DNA of 64,000 bases. It comes from Candidatus Bathyarchaeota archaeon. Its GTDB lineage: Archaea; Thermoproteota; Bathyarchaeia; Bathyarchaeales; Bathycorpusculaceae. How positions within the stretch are numbered: position 1 is the first letter of the stretch; each line of letters begins with the position of its first letter. Shown piece after piece: positions 1 to 9,279 of the stretch. The position numbers were made by a program, and so were the translations under genes. The stretch is taken from positions 1,504,001 to 1,568,000 of the forward strand of contig CAVZJV010000014.1 of the NCBI GenBank assembly GCA_963775685.1, in the 5' to 3' direction. The notes below the pieces were generated by a model, which saw nothing but the letters and a program-made list of their open reading frames with translations, was not told the DNA's origin and made no database searches.

Positions 1-420
1 GCAATAGGAAACCCGAACAAAGCAAAAATAATCGCACACCTCGCAAAGCATAGAGGTGAGACGGCTGAAGGCATTGGAAAACACTTAGGCTATCCACTAC
101 CAACCGTTTACAAGTACCTTCGAGAGCTTGAAGCTGCAAGCGCTGTAGAGAGCGAAGCTAAAGGCAACACAAGAGTGTATTTTGCTGGCGATTTCAAGCT
201 TGAAGTTTCGCCTGAGAAGTTAATGGAGGCGTTCGAGGAACAAACGATGATGGATCTCTATAAAGGCCGATTTGGGGCTGAGGGTGTAGAGAAGTTTAAC
301 AACGTTGCAGCTAAAGCTAAAGCGGGAAAGATGACTTTTAGACAAGCAGCCGCCACACTGGGCATAAACTACTACGAGTTTATCTCACTTCTAGAAGAAG
401 CTGGCACCCTCGATGCCTAA
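1..420 (+). CDS. ArsR-like wHTH fused to a UPF0175-like antitoxin domain (5'-truncated by the window)
   Basis: Frame is open from base 1: AIGNPNKAKIIAHL...GIGKHLGYPLPTVYKYLRELE (HTH). C-terminal GKMTFRQAAATLGINYYEFISLL resembles UPF0175. Overlaps the downstream PIN gene. Confidence 0.7.
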   Translation, partial: AIGNPNKAKIIAHLAKHRGETAEGIGKHLGYPLPTVYKYLRELEAASAVESEAKGNTRVYFAGDFKLEVSPEKLMEAFEEQTMMDLYKGRFGAEGVEKFNNVAAKAKAGKMTFRQAAATLGINYYEFISLLEEAGTLDA

Positions 421-910
421 GTGTCTTGTAGTAGATTCGTCAGTTCTCATATTCTATGATAGAAAGAGGAAATTAGAGGATTTCTTGCAGGCGAAAAAGA
501 AAGAAAACTATAAAATCATAATTCCAAAAGCGATAGCACAGGAAGTCGTTGATGAACCAAAAGAGTTTGCAAGAGAAATCAAACAAACAGCTCCCGAATC
601 CGCAAAGCGAATACTTGAGTCTGTGAAAAGGTTCAACACTGCTATTGAGCAAGGCCTTATCCAAGTGGAAAATGTGAACTATAGAGAATATTCGAAAGTG
701 ATAGATAACGTTAGAAAACACTTAAGCAAGCTCGATGCTACTCCAGAATACGCGGTAAAGAAAGGCGACCCAGAACTCATAGCGCTTGTTATTCAACTCT
801 ACGGTGAAGCTAAAGAGAAGGTCTTTGTTGCAACATTGGATAAGGGGTTGCTAAAGGCGCTCAAGCCATTTGGAGGCTTAGTTGATTACGAGGTCATAGA
901 AAGAACATGA
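413..910 (+). CDS. PIN-domain ribonuclease toxin (DUF3368/VapC-like)
   Basis: PIN acidic motifs VVDSSVLI, IIPKAIAQEV, GDPELIAL and VATLDKGL. Overlaps the upstream antitoxin-like gene. Confidence 0.75.
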   Translation: MPKCLVVDSSVLIFYDRKRKLEDFLQAKKKENYKIIIPKAIAQEVVDEPKEFAREIKQTAPESAKRILESVKRFNTAIEQGLIQVENVNYREYSKVIDNVRKHLSKLDATPEYAVKKGDPELIALVIQLYGEAKEKVFVATLDKGLLKALKPFGGLVDYEVIERT

Positions 911-1149
911 AACCTTAGATTTCAATCAGATTCAAAAAAGAATTTATCCTGTAAACAACGCACCTTTCTTTTTAACTCAACCTTTTGTAGTAATATGGCA
1001 TTAGCCTTATTACAGGCGCAAGAAAAATCAATGAATTCCGACCTAATTCCCAGAATTAATTGATTCCCCCAAAATTCCAAAGTTCCATCCATAAAGGAAA
1101 TTAAGGGGGTATTATTCGATCTAATTTAGCGCTCTGGAACCATGTGGTT

Positions 1150-1473
1150 TCAATCGCTGATTGGATTTTCTGCCATTTCAGCTTGAACTTGAGTCATGTT
1201 AACAGGAGTTGCCTTAGCTGGGTCAAACGGCGGTAACGTAGACTCAGGACCTGTTTCAGTTATGTTGATGCTTGGAATTTTTAACGGTGCAAGAGTAGGC
1301 TGAGAATTGAGTAATGTTGCATTAGAGTTTGAGGATCGGATTAAGCCAAGCCTTGATGGTGTATTGGATTGTATTGATTGTGCGAGGACCGTTGCAGCAA
1401 GAGCAGTGATAAATAAGCTGGTGATTAGGCCGATTGTTATTATTTTTCTAATCTTTTTCACATCTATTCTCAA
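1150..1473 (-). CDS. Small secreted hypothetical protein
   Basis: N-terminal signal peptide (KKIRK + hydrophobic + VLA) and Pro/Thr-rich body. Overlaps the end of the upstream gene. Confidence 0.55.
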   Translation of the reverse strand: MRIDVKKIRKIITIGLITSLFITALAATVLAQSIQSNTPSRLGLIRSSNSNATLLNSQPTLAPLKIPSINITETGPESTLPPFDPAKATPVNMTQVQAEMAENPISD

Positions 1474-2317
1474 ATTTCCGCTTTATTCTTTTGTTTATGA
1501 GAGATACCAAGCGATGTCTGTTTGTGAATAAGGCAACTGAAACTATGACAGCACTTGCCACAGCAACAAGCAGTAAGTAAGGTAACCAGACGGATGAGAT
1601 TGAAGCTTTAGTGGTCAGTAAACTGGAGTCTGCCGGCAACTGATTTGCAGGTGCAGGCACGGGCGCCCAAGCGTATTTGATGCTAACGTTTGAAGTAGCC
1701 CCATTAACCATGAGTCCTGTGCCATATGGAATCACTCCATCGGTAAAGTTCAAACTGGATGTGTTATATTCTGTTTGTTTGCCATCGATGTAGACCTCAA
1801 CGCCAATCGGCCAAGTGCAAATTCCGTTATATGTATCCGGTGCAGGCTCTGTCCAATTTGCCAGATTGAACTGAATTATAATAATTTGCTCCCCGATACC
1901 AGCTACTGTGTAGTTTAGCCAGCCCACCGTTAACCATGAACCCTTATTCTGGTTGTCACTTCCATCGGGAGTTAGGAGGCGTTCGAAACTGGTTATAGTG
2001 ATATTGCTGTCTTGTGTTGTTATGTTTAGGTTTGCACTTGTTGGGCTGTCAGAGAGGATATCGGCTTGTTGCGGGTCAAGTTGTAGGTGAGTAAAAACCC
2101 ATGTGCCTTCGACAAGAGTGGCGTTATTGTAATATCCTGTCTGGTTGAAACCAACGGTGCCGTTTGTTGCTGGGATGATAAATTGGGTTTCTGACGTGAA
2201 CGCCATTGGAGTTGCGTTGGTTGTAAATATGTTTGTTACGTCGGCTTTTATGGGGAAAGCAGCATATGACAAAACTAAGATTGCGCAAAGTGCTAGAATG
2301 ATAATTCTGCATTTCAT
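1448..2317 (-). CDS. Secreted, C-terminally membrane-anchored surface protein
   Basis: Signal peptide ending PIKA, many N-x-S/T sequons, C-terminal TM helix plus basic tail. Confidence 0.75.
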   Translation of the reverse strand: MKCRIIILALCAILVLSYAAFPIKADVTNIFTTNATPMAFTSETQFIIPATNGTVGFNQTGYYNNATLVEGTWVFTHLQLDPQQADILSDSPTSANLNITTQDSNITITSFERLLTPDGSDNQNKGSWLTVGWLNYTVAGIGEQIIIIQFNLANWTEPAPDTYNGICTWPIGVEVYIDGKQTEYNTSSLNFTDGVIPYGTGLMVNGATSNVSIKYAWAPVPAPANQLPADSSLLTTKASISSVWLPYLLLVAVASAVIVSVALFTNRHRLVSLINKRIKRKFENRCEKD

Positions 2318-2391
2318 TGTTGTTGTTACCTCTTGCTTTTGATATAATACTCAGAGTGGGGCGATACTTAATACGATGCTTTAGAACGAAC

Positions 2392-2409
2392 TGTTCTTCT
2401 TTTAGTACA
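2392..2409. promoter_or_regulatory. Putative operator TGTTC-N8-GTACA
   Basis: tgttc-ttctttta-gtaca upstream of the 1448..2317 gene. Variant of the palindrome at 2802 and 7124. Confidence 0.45.
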
Positions 2410-2430
2410 CGCCCGTGACAGCGCCATTAT

Positions 2431-2730
2431 CTATCGATTAGTTTCTTTCTTGAGGCTTCTTTCTGAAAACAACAAAAGAGCCGAAACTATCCCAACTACT
2501 ATAGCGGCGACAGCAAAGAGAATTGAAACTATATTGCCGTTTGCTGAAGATTGAGTGGGTGCTGTTGTAGGCAAGGGCGTCATTGTAGAATTAGGATTTG
2601 AGGTAGGTTGAGGGTTTGGGGGACCTTGCGAAGCATCTTGGGGCAAAAAACTTACGGCTCCTGCCAGCAAGAAGGCTAATGCGATTGCAAGAATGGGCGC
2701 GAACAGCATTTTCTTTCGGAGCAGGCTCAT
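2431..2730 (-). CDS. Small two-TM membrane protein with Pro/Thr-rich loop
   Basis: Two hydrophobic segments around a PNPQPTSNPNSTMTPLPTTAPT linker. Confidence 0.7.
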   Translation of the reverse strand: MSLLRKKMLFAPILAIALAFLLAGAVSFLPQDASQGPPNPQPTSNPNSTMTPLPTTAPTQSSANGNIVSILFAVAAIVVGIVSALLLFSERSLKKETNR

Positions 2731-2801
2731 AATTTCAACCTTACCTACGATACTTCATGAAAACATGTAGTCGGTTATTTAATGCTATATTTTATTGAAG
2801 G

Positions 2802-2819
2802 TGTTCTAATTTTCGAACA
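2802..2819. promoter_or_regulatory. Putative operator palindrome TGTTC-N8-GAACA
   Basis: Perfect arms tgttc-taattttc-gaaca in the divergent promoter of the membrane-anchored HTH gene. Confidence 0.55.
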
Positions 2820-2889
2820 GGCTACATGAGTAACTGTTGAGGGTAGCTCTTAAATTATTGTTGCGCTTTGTTTTGGCATGTGAAAGGTT

Positions 2890-3312
2890 TTGGTTGACGA
2901 TGATTCCAAAGAAGTGCTAAGAGGAACTACTCTTGAAGTTTACCGTTTTCTGTTAAAAAGCAACAAGCCTGTTGGAACGCGGGAACTTCAAAGAGCTCTA
3001 AATCTTAGTAGTTCCTCGGTGGCCACTTACCATCTATCTAAACTTGAAGATGCTGGGCTTCTAAGAAAGGAGCCTGGCGGTTTCACCGTTAGCAAATTCC
3101 TTTTGGAAAACAGCATCAAAATAAATCGTTTTCTGGTTCCAAGATACTTTTTTTATGCGATATTTGCCGTAGCAATTCTCATAATAGAATTGACAATCAT
3201 GAAGCCTGCTGTTCTTTACCGTGAATACATTTTTTCGTTAGTTGCAACCATGATACTCGCCTTTTTCTTTTGTTATGAGACACTAAAAACTTGGCGACGG
3301 GGCAATTTGTAG
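2890..3312 (+). CDS. Membrane-anchored winged-HTH transcription regulator (ArsR-like + 2 TM)
   Basis: VGTRELQRALNLSSSSVATYHLSKLEDAGLL HTH followed by two hydrophobic helices. Confidence 0.85.
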   Translation: MVDDDSKEVLRGTTLEVYRFLLKSNKPVGTRELQRALNLSSSSVATYHLSKLEDAGLLRKEPGGFTVSKFLLENSIKINRFLVPRYFFYAIFAVAILIIELTIMKPAVLYREYIFSLVATMILAFFFCYETLKTWRRGNL

Positions 3313-3375
3313 CAATCGATGTGTTCTAAAGCTTAGAGCTAAATACACGCCAAACTCTCCATATTTGAGGCTGAA

Positions 3376-4424
3376 ATGATGATGATCCTTTCAAAGAAGG
3401 CACTTCTGATAATGTTTCTGTTCGTAGTTTTGTTTGTTCCATTGGGACAACTTTCAACAGTGCATTCTGACCCATTACCACAGACTTTAGAGTCTAAGGC
3501 GTTTGCCTGCTTAACTGATGTTTATCCTCTAAACTTAACCCATTATAATGTGACGGCTGATCCCGTCTATACGTTATCCTCAGCGTCAGACACCTCCACA
3601 ACTCAAGCAGTCAATTACAAACTCAACTCACCCGACAGCAACCTTGTAGCAAACTTCCTGTTCAAAGATGGCAAATTGTATTCACTCACCCTAAGCGTCG
3701 TGAACGGTTCAGTAGTCACCTCACAGTCCTATGACAACTTGACCGATGCATCCCGAGACCTTCTGCTTAAGTATCAGGCGTTTAGTGGTGCGGACTCGAC
3801 AGACCTTATCTGGTTGCTAAACCACTTTGACGAGAGTAAAAACATCCCAGTAACTTTAGGCAATGTGAGTGTGAGTCTTAGGGTTTCTCATTTAGGGTTA
3901 CCTAACACGGGAATCGTGACAACAACCTTCAACTGGATTTATTTACTGAATGTCGTGGATGACACCGCCGTTACTTTAACCTTAGCCAACAACACATTCG
4001 GCGGTCTTTTCGACTCACGCCAACTCTACAAGATAGGCAGTGGCGAAGCAATAACCGCAGCAACAAACTACATCGCGAGTCATACATTTACTTGTTCTAA
4101 CGGAGCTCAAGTAAACGGTATCGACGTTGACAAAGACCGCTCAGTTGCGAAATTTTTCGCTTTAGCCCAAAACGGGACCCTCCAAGCCTGCTGGAACGTA
4201 ACTTTGAGCCTCAACCATACATATCAAGGAGGCGTTGATGCCCTTCAAATGGATGTTTGGGCGAATTCAGGTGAAGTTATTGGCTTCCGTAACCAATCAG
4301 TCAACTCGTTACAGGTTAACGACTCAAACATGAATCCTTCAGTAGTAGGGTGACCATAACCGCGATTGCCGCCCTTACGATAGCAGTTGGAATAATTCTC
4401 ATACGAAGGCACAGAAAACATTGA
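3376..4424 (+). CDS. Secreted surface protein whose C-terminal TM anchor is out of frame (frameshift near 4350)
   Basis: ORF 3376..4353 has a signal peptide. The adjacent frame continues VTITAIAALTIAVGIILIRRHRKH* after a G run. Confidence 0.7.
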
Positions 4425-4951
4425 ACAGAAAACTTAAGCTGTTATCAGGTGCTGTTATCTTAATCTTCTTTTTTTTGGTTTTATCACTCTTTTTAGTATG
4501 GACTAAACCAACAGCACCTTCATCCCTTCAACCTAAAGGGAACGTCTATTTGCATTTTCCAAGTGATTATCAGGGAGGCGCAGAAACCAAGGCTTACTTG
4601 ATTGATTCACAACTTTATTATGGAACTTATAATCAAAGCTTTACCCGCTCAGGCGCCACAGGCGCCTATTCTATTAACAATGGCGATGCGTGCGTTATCA
4701 TAAATGGAACAGTTAGAAACGACTACTCCAAAGATTACTATTTCAGCATAACAGCAAACGTTTACAATTCTACAAACCAAAAGATCGGACCAATTCTTAC
4801 CGCAGACTCGCCACAGCCAGGTTTCACCATTACTAAAGTGAGCAGCAATTCAACAGGAACATTTGAAATACAAATCCCATACGACAGAAAAGACATCGTA
4901 AATTACGACCTTCTTCTCGCATTCGAACCCACCGAAAACCCGCCCACATAA
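4421..4951 (+). CDS. Membrane-anchored protein with FxLYD-like Ig fold
   Basis: N-terminal TM; IINGTVRND...ITANVYNSTNQKIG beta-sandwich pattern. Confidence 0.65.
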   Translation: MNRKLKLLSGAVILIFFFLVLSLFLVWTKPTAPSSLQPKGNVYLHFPSDYQGGAETKAYLIDSQLYYGTYNQSFTRSGATGAYSINNGDACVIINGTVRNDYSKDYYFSITANVYNSTNQKIGPILTADSPQPGFTITKVSSNSTGTFEIQIPYDRKDIVNYDLLLAFEPTENPPT

Positions 4952-5084
4952 GGAGCCCCTCGAAAATGAAAAGCCAAAATGTTCAAGCAACTGACGCAAT
5001 CCTTGACAAGACTTATTGTGTCAAGAAATTTTTACAAACAGACATTTATTTAAAAAATTGTATTCCAGCTATAGGTGATTGTAG

Positions 5085-5957
5085 ATGAGAGAGAAACGAT
5101 TTCTAGCAGTTTTAACAGTTTTGATGTTGCTGATAACCGGAGGAATTGCCTTTATGATGGCAGAGGCGCAAGCGCAATCTTCAGAAAGTGTATACATTAA
5201 CGCAGACGGGTCAGTGACAGGGACCAATAATATCCAACGAAACCGCAATGTTTACACTTTAATGGATAACATTTCAGGCAACATTCAAGTTCAGAGAAGC
5301 AATATAGTATTGGACGGAGCAGGGTATTCCCTTAACCAAGGTGGAATAGACCTAACCAACGGGATAGGGCAAGACCCAACACATTCCACCATTAGCAATG
5401 TAACAATCGAGAACTTCTATATTGAAAATGGAGGCATAGGCACTAATGGCGGTGGTAATTACACGTTCTACAATGACTACATTCCCTCCATCCAGTTTTT
5501 GGGAGACTGTATTAACAACAACATAACTTTCTGTACCGTTTCAGCAATTGCATTCGATTATGGAGGAAACGCCACATTAACCGAAAATAACCTTGGTAAC
5601 ATTTTAGTGTGGTTAAGTTTCGGTGGAATTGCTGACAGAAACTATTGAAGTGACTATTTAACTAAGTACCCTAATGCTACAGAAATTGATGATTCTGGGA
5701 TAGGCAACCAACCATATGTCTATGCTACTGTACAGAATTACACGCAAACAATCTATTGCCAAGATAATCATCCGCTAATGAAGCCAGTAACAATTCCACT
5801 GATGGGTTCAAATCCTTTAGTCAATCCAAGTGCCACTCCTCCTATTCCAGAGTTTCAACCATGGACAGTTTTGTTGCTGTTTGGCATAATAGTTACAACT
5901 GCTGGTTTGTTGGTTTACTTCAAAAAACGCCAACCGAAATCGGGAGGTAAAATATGA
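5085..5957 (+). pseudogene. NosD-like right-handed beta-helix surface protein with PEF-like C-terminal motif, interrupted by an in-frame TGA at 5646-5648
   Basis: VYINADGSV..IQR..NVYTL..NI...IVLDGAGY. After RNY*SDYL the frame continues YPNATEIDDSGIGNQPY...IPEFQPW-TM-KKRQPK to a stop at 5957. Confidence 0.75.
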
Positions 5958-7082
5958 GAAAGAATGTTGTATTGCTGGCTGTTCTCGTCGTCTTGGCAAT
6001 TTCATGTTTGGCTGTATATTTACCCCGTTAAGGCTGAATCTAAAACAATCACTGTACCAGACGATTTCCACACTATTCAAAAAGCCATCAACGCTGCCGA
6101 CGTAGGAGACACAATATTCGTTAAGAAGGGCAGTTATTTTGAAAATCCAGTGGTCAACAAATCGGTTTCATTGGTTGGAGAAGATAGGGATGCAACTGTA
6201 ATTGATGTGACAGCTGGTTTGAAGGTAGAAAGCGATAATGTAACCATAACAGGCTTGACCATATTTGACGGTTGGCAGGGGATCACGGTATCTGCAAACA
6301 ACTCTAAAATTTCGAGAAACAAGATAACGAATTGTCAATATGGCATAGTATTACTCAATTCGCAGGATAGCACCATTAGCGAGAATTTTCTTCAATCAAT
6401 CGGACTTTCGGCTGCCATCCAACTGAGCTACTCAAACAAGAATATGATTAAGAACAACTATATTGAATCCTGTACAGAAGGCATTCAGCTTAGAGCAGGT
6501 AGTTCTAATAACGTGGTTATAGAAAATACCGTAACAAATTGCCAAGACGTAGCTATCCGACTATTAGCAGAATACTCCCCATCGAAATGGTATAACCCAG
6601 ACGGAAACACAATAATGCGGAATAACATCTCAAATTCAGGTTGTGGAACATCCGTTTATGGTTCAAGCAATAACATCATATCAAATAATGACTATGTTAA
6701 CAACACCATACAGTTTTCTGCTAATGAAGACTATTGTCTTACATGGGGCGGTAGTCATTCAACTAATTCTTTTGACCGAAACTATTGGAGTAACTATAAC
6801 GGGAAAGACTCTAATAGAGATGGCATCGGTGACACCCCATTCATTATAGACTCCTACAATAAAGATAACAATCCTGTTATGTCCTCAATTCCAGTAACTT
6901 TGCCTAATTATGGTCCAACTTCCTCTCCAATCCCAACCATCAATACGGGTCCTCATATGCCAGAAACAGAGTCGTTCCCAACTTCATCCGTAATAGTTAT
7001 TGCTTTGATTGTTATAGCGGTTGTTATTGCCTCTTTGTTGCTTTATAGAAGGCATCGAAAAACCGCTAACCCACTGAATTAA
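5954..7082 (+). CDS. NosD/CASH parallel beta-helix surface protein (signal peptide frameshifted near 6020)
   Basis: ITVPDDFHTIQKAINAA..GDTIFVKKGSY, repeated I.NN, NYWSNY..DG.GDTP, C-terminal TM. ATG 5954 gives the signal peptide MRKNVVLLAVLVVLAISCLAV in a different frame. Confidence 0.8.
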
Positions 7083-7123
7083 GACTTTTTCTCAATTAAA
7101 TGTATAATCACCCAATCGTTTAC

Positions 7124-7162
7124 TGTTCTTTTTGCGGAACAGATTGTTCTCTAAGGAGAGCT
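7124..7162. promoter_or_regulatory. Tandem putative operators TGTTC-N8-GA(A/G)C
   Basis: tgttc-tttttgcg-gaaca (7124-7141) and tgttc-tctaagga-gagct (7145-7162), 21 bp apart, upstream of the 7238 gene. Confidence 0.55.
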
Positions 7163-7237
7163 AAAAGCAACTCTGTAGTATACTATATTTTGACCAGAAA
7201 TAAAGAAAGCTCTGTAACTAAGGGAAATGATGACTAA

Positions 7238-7687
7238 ATGAAAACCAAAGTAAAAGTTTTAGCTATAATAATTTCAGCAATAGTCATAGCAACAATTGGA
7301 TTTACTGTTGAATTTAGGCCTATACCAACCCAAACACCAGCTACTTCTTTAATAAAAACAACACCAACGCCTATAACAAGTAATGTAACAGTCTCAGGCT
7401 TAATTATTAGCCACGGCTTAACTGTCCCACCTACAGAAGTACAGTTCATAAATACAGAAACCCATGAAGTGTACAAAGCACCAATAAGTCAGCCACAATA
7501 TTCCTATGCTATATCTCTTCCAGTTAATCAAACGTATGGCATAGAAGGTGACTGGAACGGCAGGACATTTAACGCTACTGGAATACCGATGGGGGCCATA
7601 ACAATGAGATGTGACAATGGTTTACCAATTCTAAATCTTGACAATGCCAAGATTACTATGACGCAAAATCTTGTTGTTGGGCAGTAA
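7238..7687 (+). CDS. Membrane-anchored exported hypothetical protein
   Basis: N-terminal TM, Pro/Thr linker, small beta domain. Confidence 0.65.
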   Translation: MKTKVKVLAIIISAIVIATIGFTVEFRPIPTQTPATSLIKTTPTPITSNVTVSGLIISHGLTVPPTEVQFINTETHEVYKAPISQPQYSYAISLPVNQTYGIEGDWNGRTFNATGIPMGAITMRCDNGLPILNLDNAKITMTQNLVVGQ

Positions 7688-7801
7688 GAGTGAGTAGACC
7701 TTTTCCCAAGCAAGTGTACCGTGCTTTCTGACAAATAAATTCTTTTAAGCAAGGCAAAACAAACAAAGATATCTAACAACAATCGATTGAGGCTAATACA
7801 A

Positions 7802-8053
7802 ATGGATAAAGAAACGAAAAAGATGAGTGCGGGTCTTTTATCGGTCATTGGATGCATATTATTTGCATTTTCAATTTACATTTACATTGATGACCCTCAC
7901 CGCTGGCTTTTAGCGTGGGTTTCAAGTTTATCTTTTTTGGTTATCGGCATAGTCTTAATCATTCTTGCAGTAGTCATTCAAAAAATGAAGATAACGGAAA
8001 CAAAACAGAAACCTTTGGCATTCACCCGCTTATCCGAACGGATTCTAGTATAA
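7802..8053 (+). CDS. Small two-TM membrane protein
   Basis: Two hydrophobic helices; ATG at 7802. Confidence 0.5.
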   Translation: MDKETKKMSAGLLSVIGCILFAFSIYIYIDDPHRWLLAWVSSLSFLVIGIVLIILAVVIQKMKITETKQKPLAFTRLSERILV

Positions 8054-8256
8054 CAAGCTGCTCGCAGGAATTCTTTCTCCAAAGGAATGCGTCTCAAGTA
8101 CAGTCAAGGCCTAATTAAAGTGACAAAGTAATCTCAGGAGTGGACTAGAAAGAAGTATTCGCCGCTTTAAAATTGACCTGCCCTTTGCCACATGATCAGG
8201 AGATATTAGAAACAAACTCTTTGGCAAAAATAGAACCCAAGCGACAACTGATTTGG

Positions 8257-8676
8257 TTAACGGTATTGTTTGGTCTTCTTGTATTCATCGTATTTGTAGA
8301 GGGTTTCGGAAATTTGGCTGCGTATAAATTGCTCTGGACTGCGGAAGGGCGAACCCATTTCTTTTAGGGCTTCATCGAGCTCATCATACTGCTCACGAGA
8401 GACTTCTAGGAATTCGTTATCGTTTTTCAATCGTTCAAGCCGGTAGCGTATGGCATCACGGACAAAGTCCTCTTTGTTGGTGAAGCCTACGTCTTTGTTT
8501 TCTTCAATGAAGTTTTCCACTTTGGCAATGACTTCAGATGGAAGAATAACCGACTGCTCCAAGAGAGCGTTTATGGCGTCCTGGTAAGTTTGCATTTTGT
8601 TAGTCTCAGCGGTGAGCTCTCCCAGGAGACCAGTTAGTTTGCTATGGATGTCGTCTGAGATTTTTATCGCTTTCAT
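8257..8676 (-). CDS. Multi-ribbon-helix-helix DNA-binding protein (probable element repressor)
   Basis: Three RHH-like units: MKAIKISDDIHSKL..; SVILPSEVIAKV..FTNKEDFVRDAIR; LEVSREQYDEL..FRSPEQFIR. Divergent from the integrase operon. Confidence 0.7.
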   Translation of the reverse strand: MKAIKISDDIHSKLTGLLGELTAETNKMQTYQDAINALLEQSVILPSEVIAKVENFIEENKDVGFTNKEDFVRDAIRYRLERLKNDNEFLEVSREQYDELDEALKEMGSPFRSPEQFIRSQISETLYKYDEYKKTKQYR

Positions 8677-8720
8677 GAGGTATTTCTCCTGTGAATAGAA
8701 GTATGATTAGTAGGATTAGA

Positions 8721-8761
8721 TTTATAAGGTTACCCATAGTAACGGAGTTAACTAAGTTAAC
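8721..8761. promoter_or_regulatory. TATA box plus two palindromic operators in the divergent RHH promoter
   Basis: tttataag at 8721, GTTAC-ccata-GTAAC (8729-8743) and GTTAAC-taa-GTTAAC (8747-8761). Confidence 0.55.
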
Positions 8762-8780
8762 CAGAGGGGAATTGTGAAAA

Positions 8781-8999
8781 ATGAAAGCAAAAGTCGCCTT
8801 CACCATAGATCAAGAGGTCCTAAAAGAAATAGACGCCTTAAGGGACCTAGCAACCCGAAGCGCATTCGCCAATGAAATCCTCAAACAAGGACTCAAAGCA
8901 TACAAGGCAACGCATAAGCGACCCAAGGCGCCATTTCCAGCCGTGACCTTTGATACGGAAGAGGAAACAGCGTTAACGCCGTCGAAGGTGAAACCCTGA
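8781..8999 (+). CDS. CopG/RHH DNA-binding protein
   Basis: KVAFTIDQEVLKEID...TRSAFANEILKQGL. Confidence 0.75.
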   Translation: MKAKVAFTIDQEVLKEIDALRDLATRSAFANEILKQGLKAYKATHKRPKAPFPAVTFDTEEETALTPSKVKP

Positions 9000-9235
9000 T
9001 GGAGCCTCGCAAGGTTTGCCCCTTAGCCGCAGCTCACCCGCAACAGGAAAACAGCAATTGCCTTGGCGAAGCATGCGCATGCTACGTGAAAATGCAAAAA
9101 AACCGCTTTATCCAAACAGGCAACACCAGTATTGTTGATCCAGAGAGTTTCTATCGCTATGTCGGGTGCGGACTGGTGGCGCATATTCCCTGGGAACTTG
9201 TCAACTTCGAAAAGATTCCAGAACCAAACAAGTAA
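8999..9235 (+). CDS. Small Cys-rich hypothetical protein
   Basis: CPL...CLGEACACY...GCGL. Translationally coupled to the RHH gene (TGATG). Confidence 0.6.
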   Translation: MEPRKVCPLAAAHPQQENSNCLGEACACYVKMQKNRFIQTGNTSIVDPESFYRYVGCGLVAHIPWELVNFEKIPEPNK

Positions 9236-9279
9236 ACTAACCAAGCACAAGAACTGCACAAAGAAAGGGGTGGGAGGGA

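Noticed and set aside
651-658. AAGGCCTT inside the PIN gene as a fourth repeat copy
   Set aside because: Isolated 8-mer in coding sequence with no GTATAG subsite, core or partner end.
5646-5648. UGA recoding (Trp or Sec) as a genetic-code feature
   Set aside because: Many genes here end at TGA at the expected position and Trp is encoded by TGG elsewhere. A single TGG>TGA change or error is simpler.
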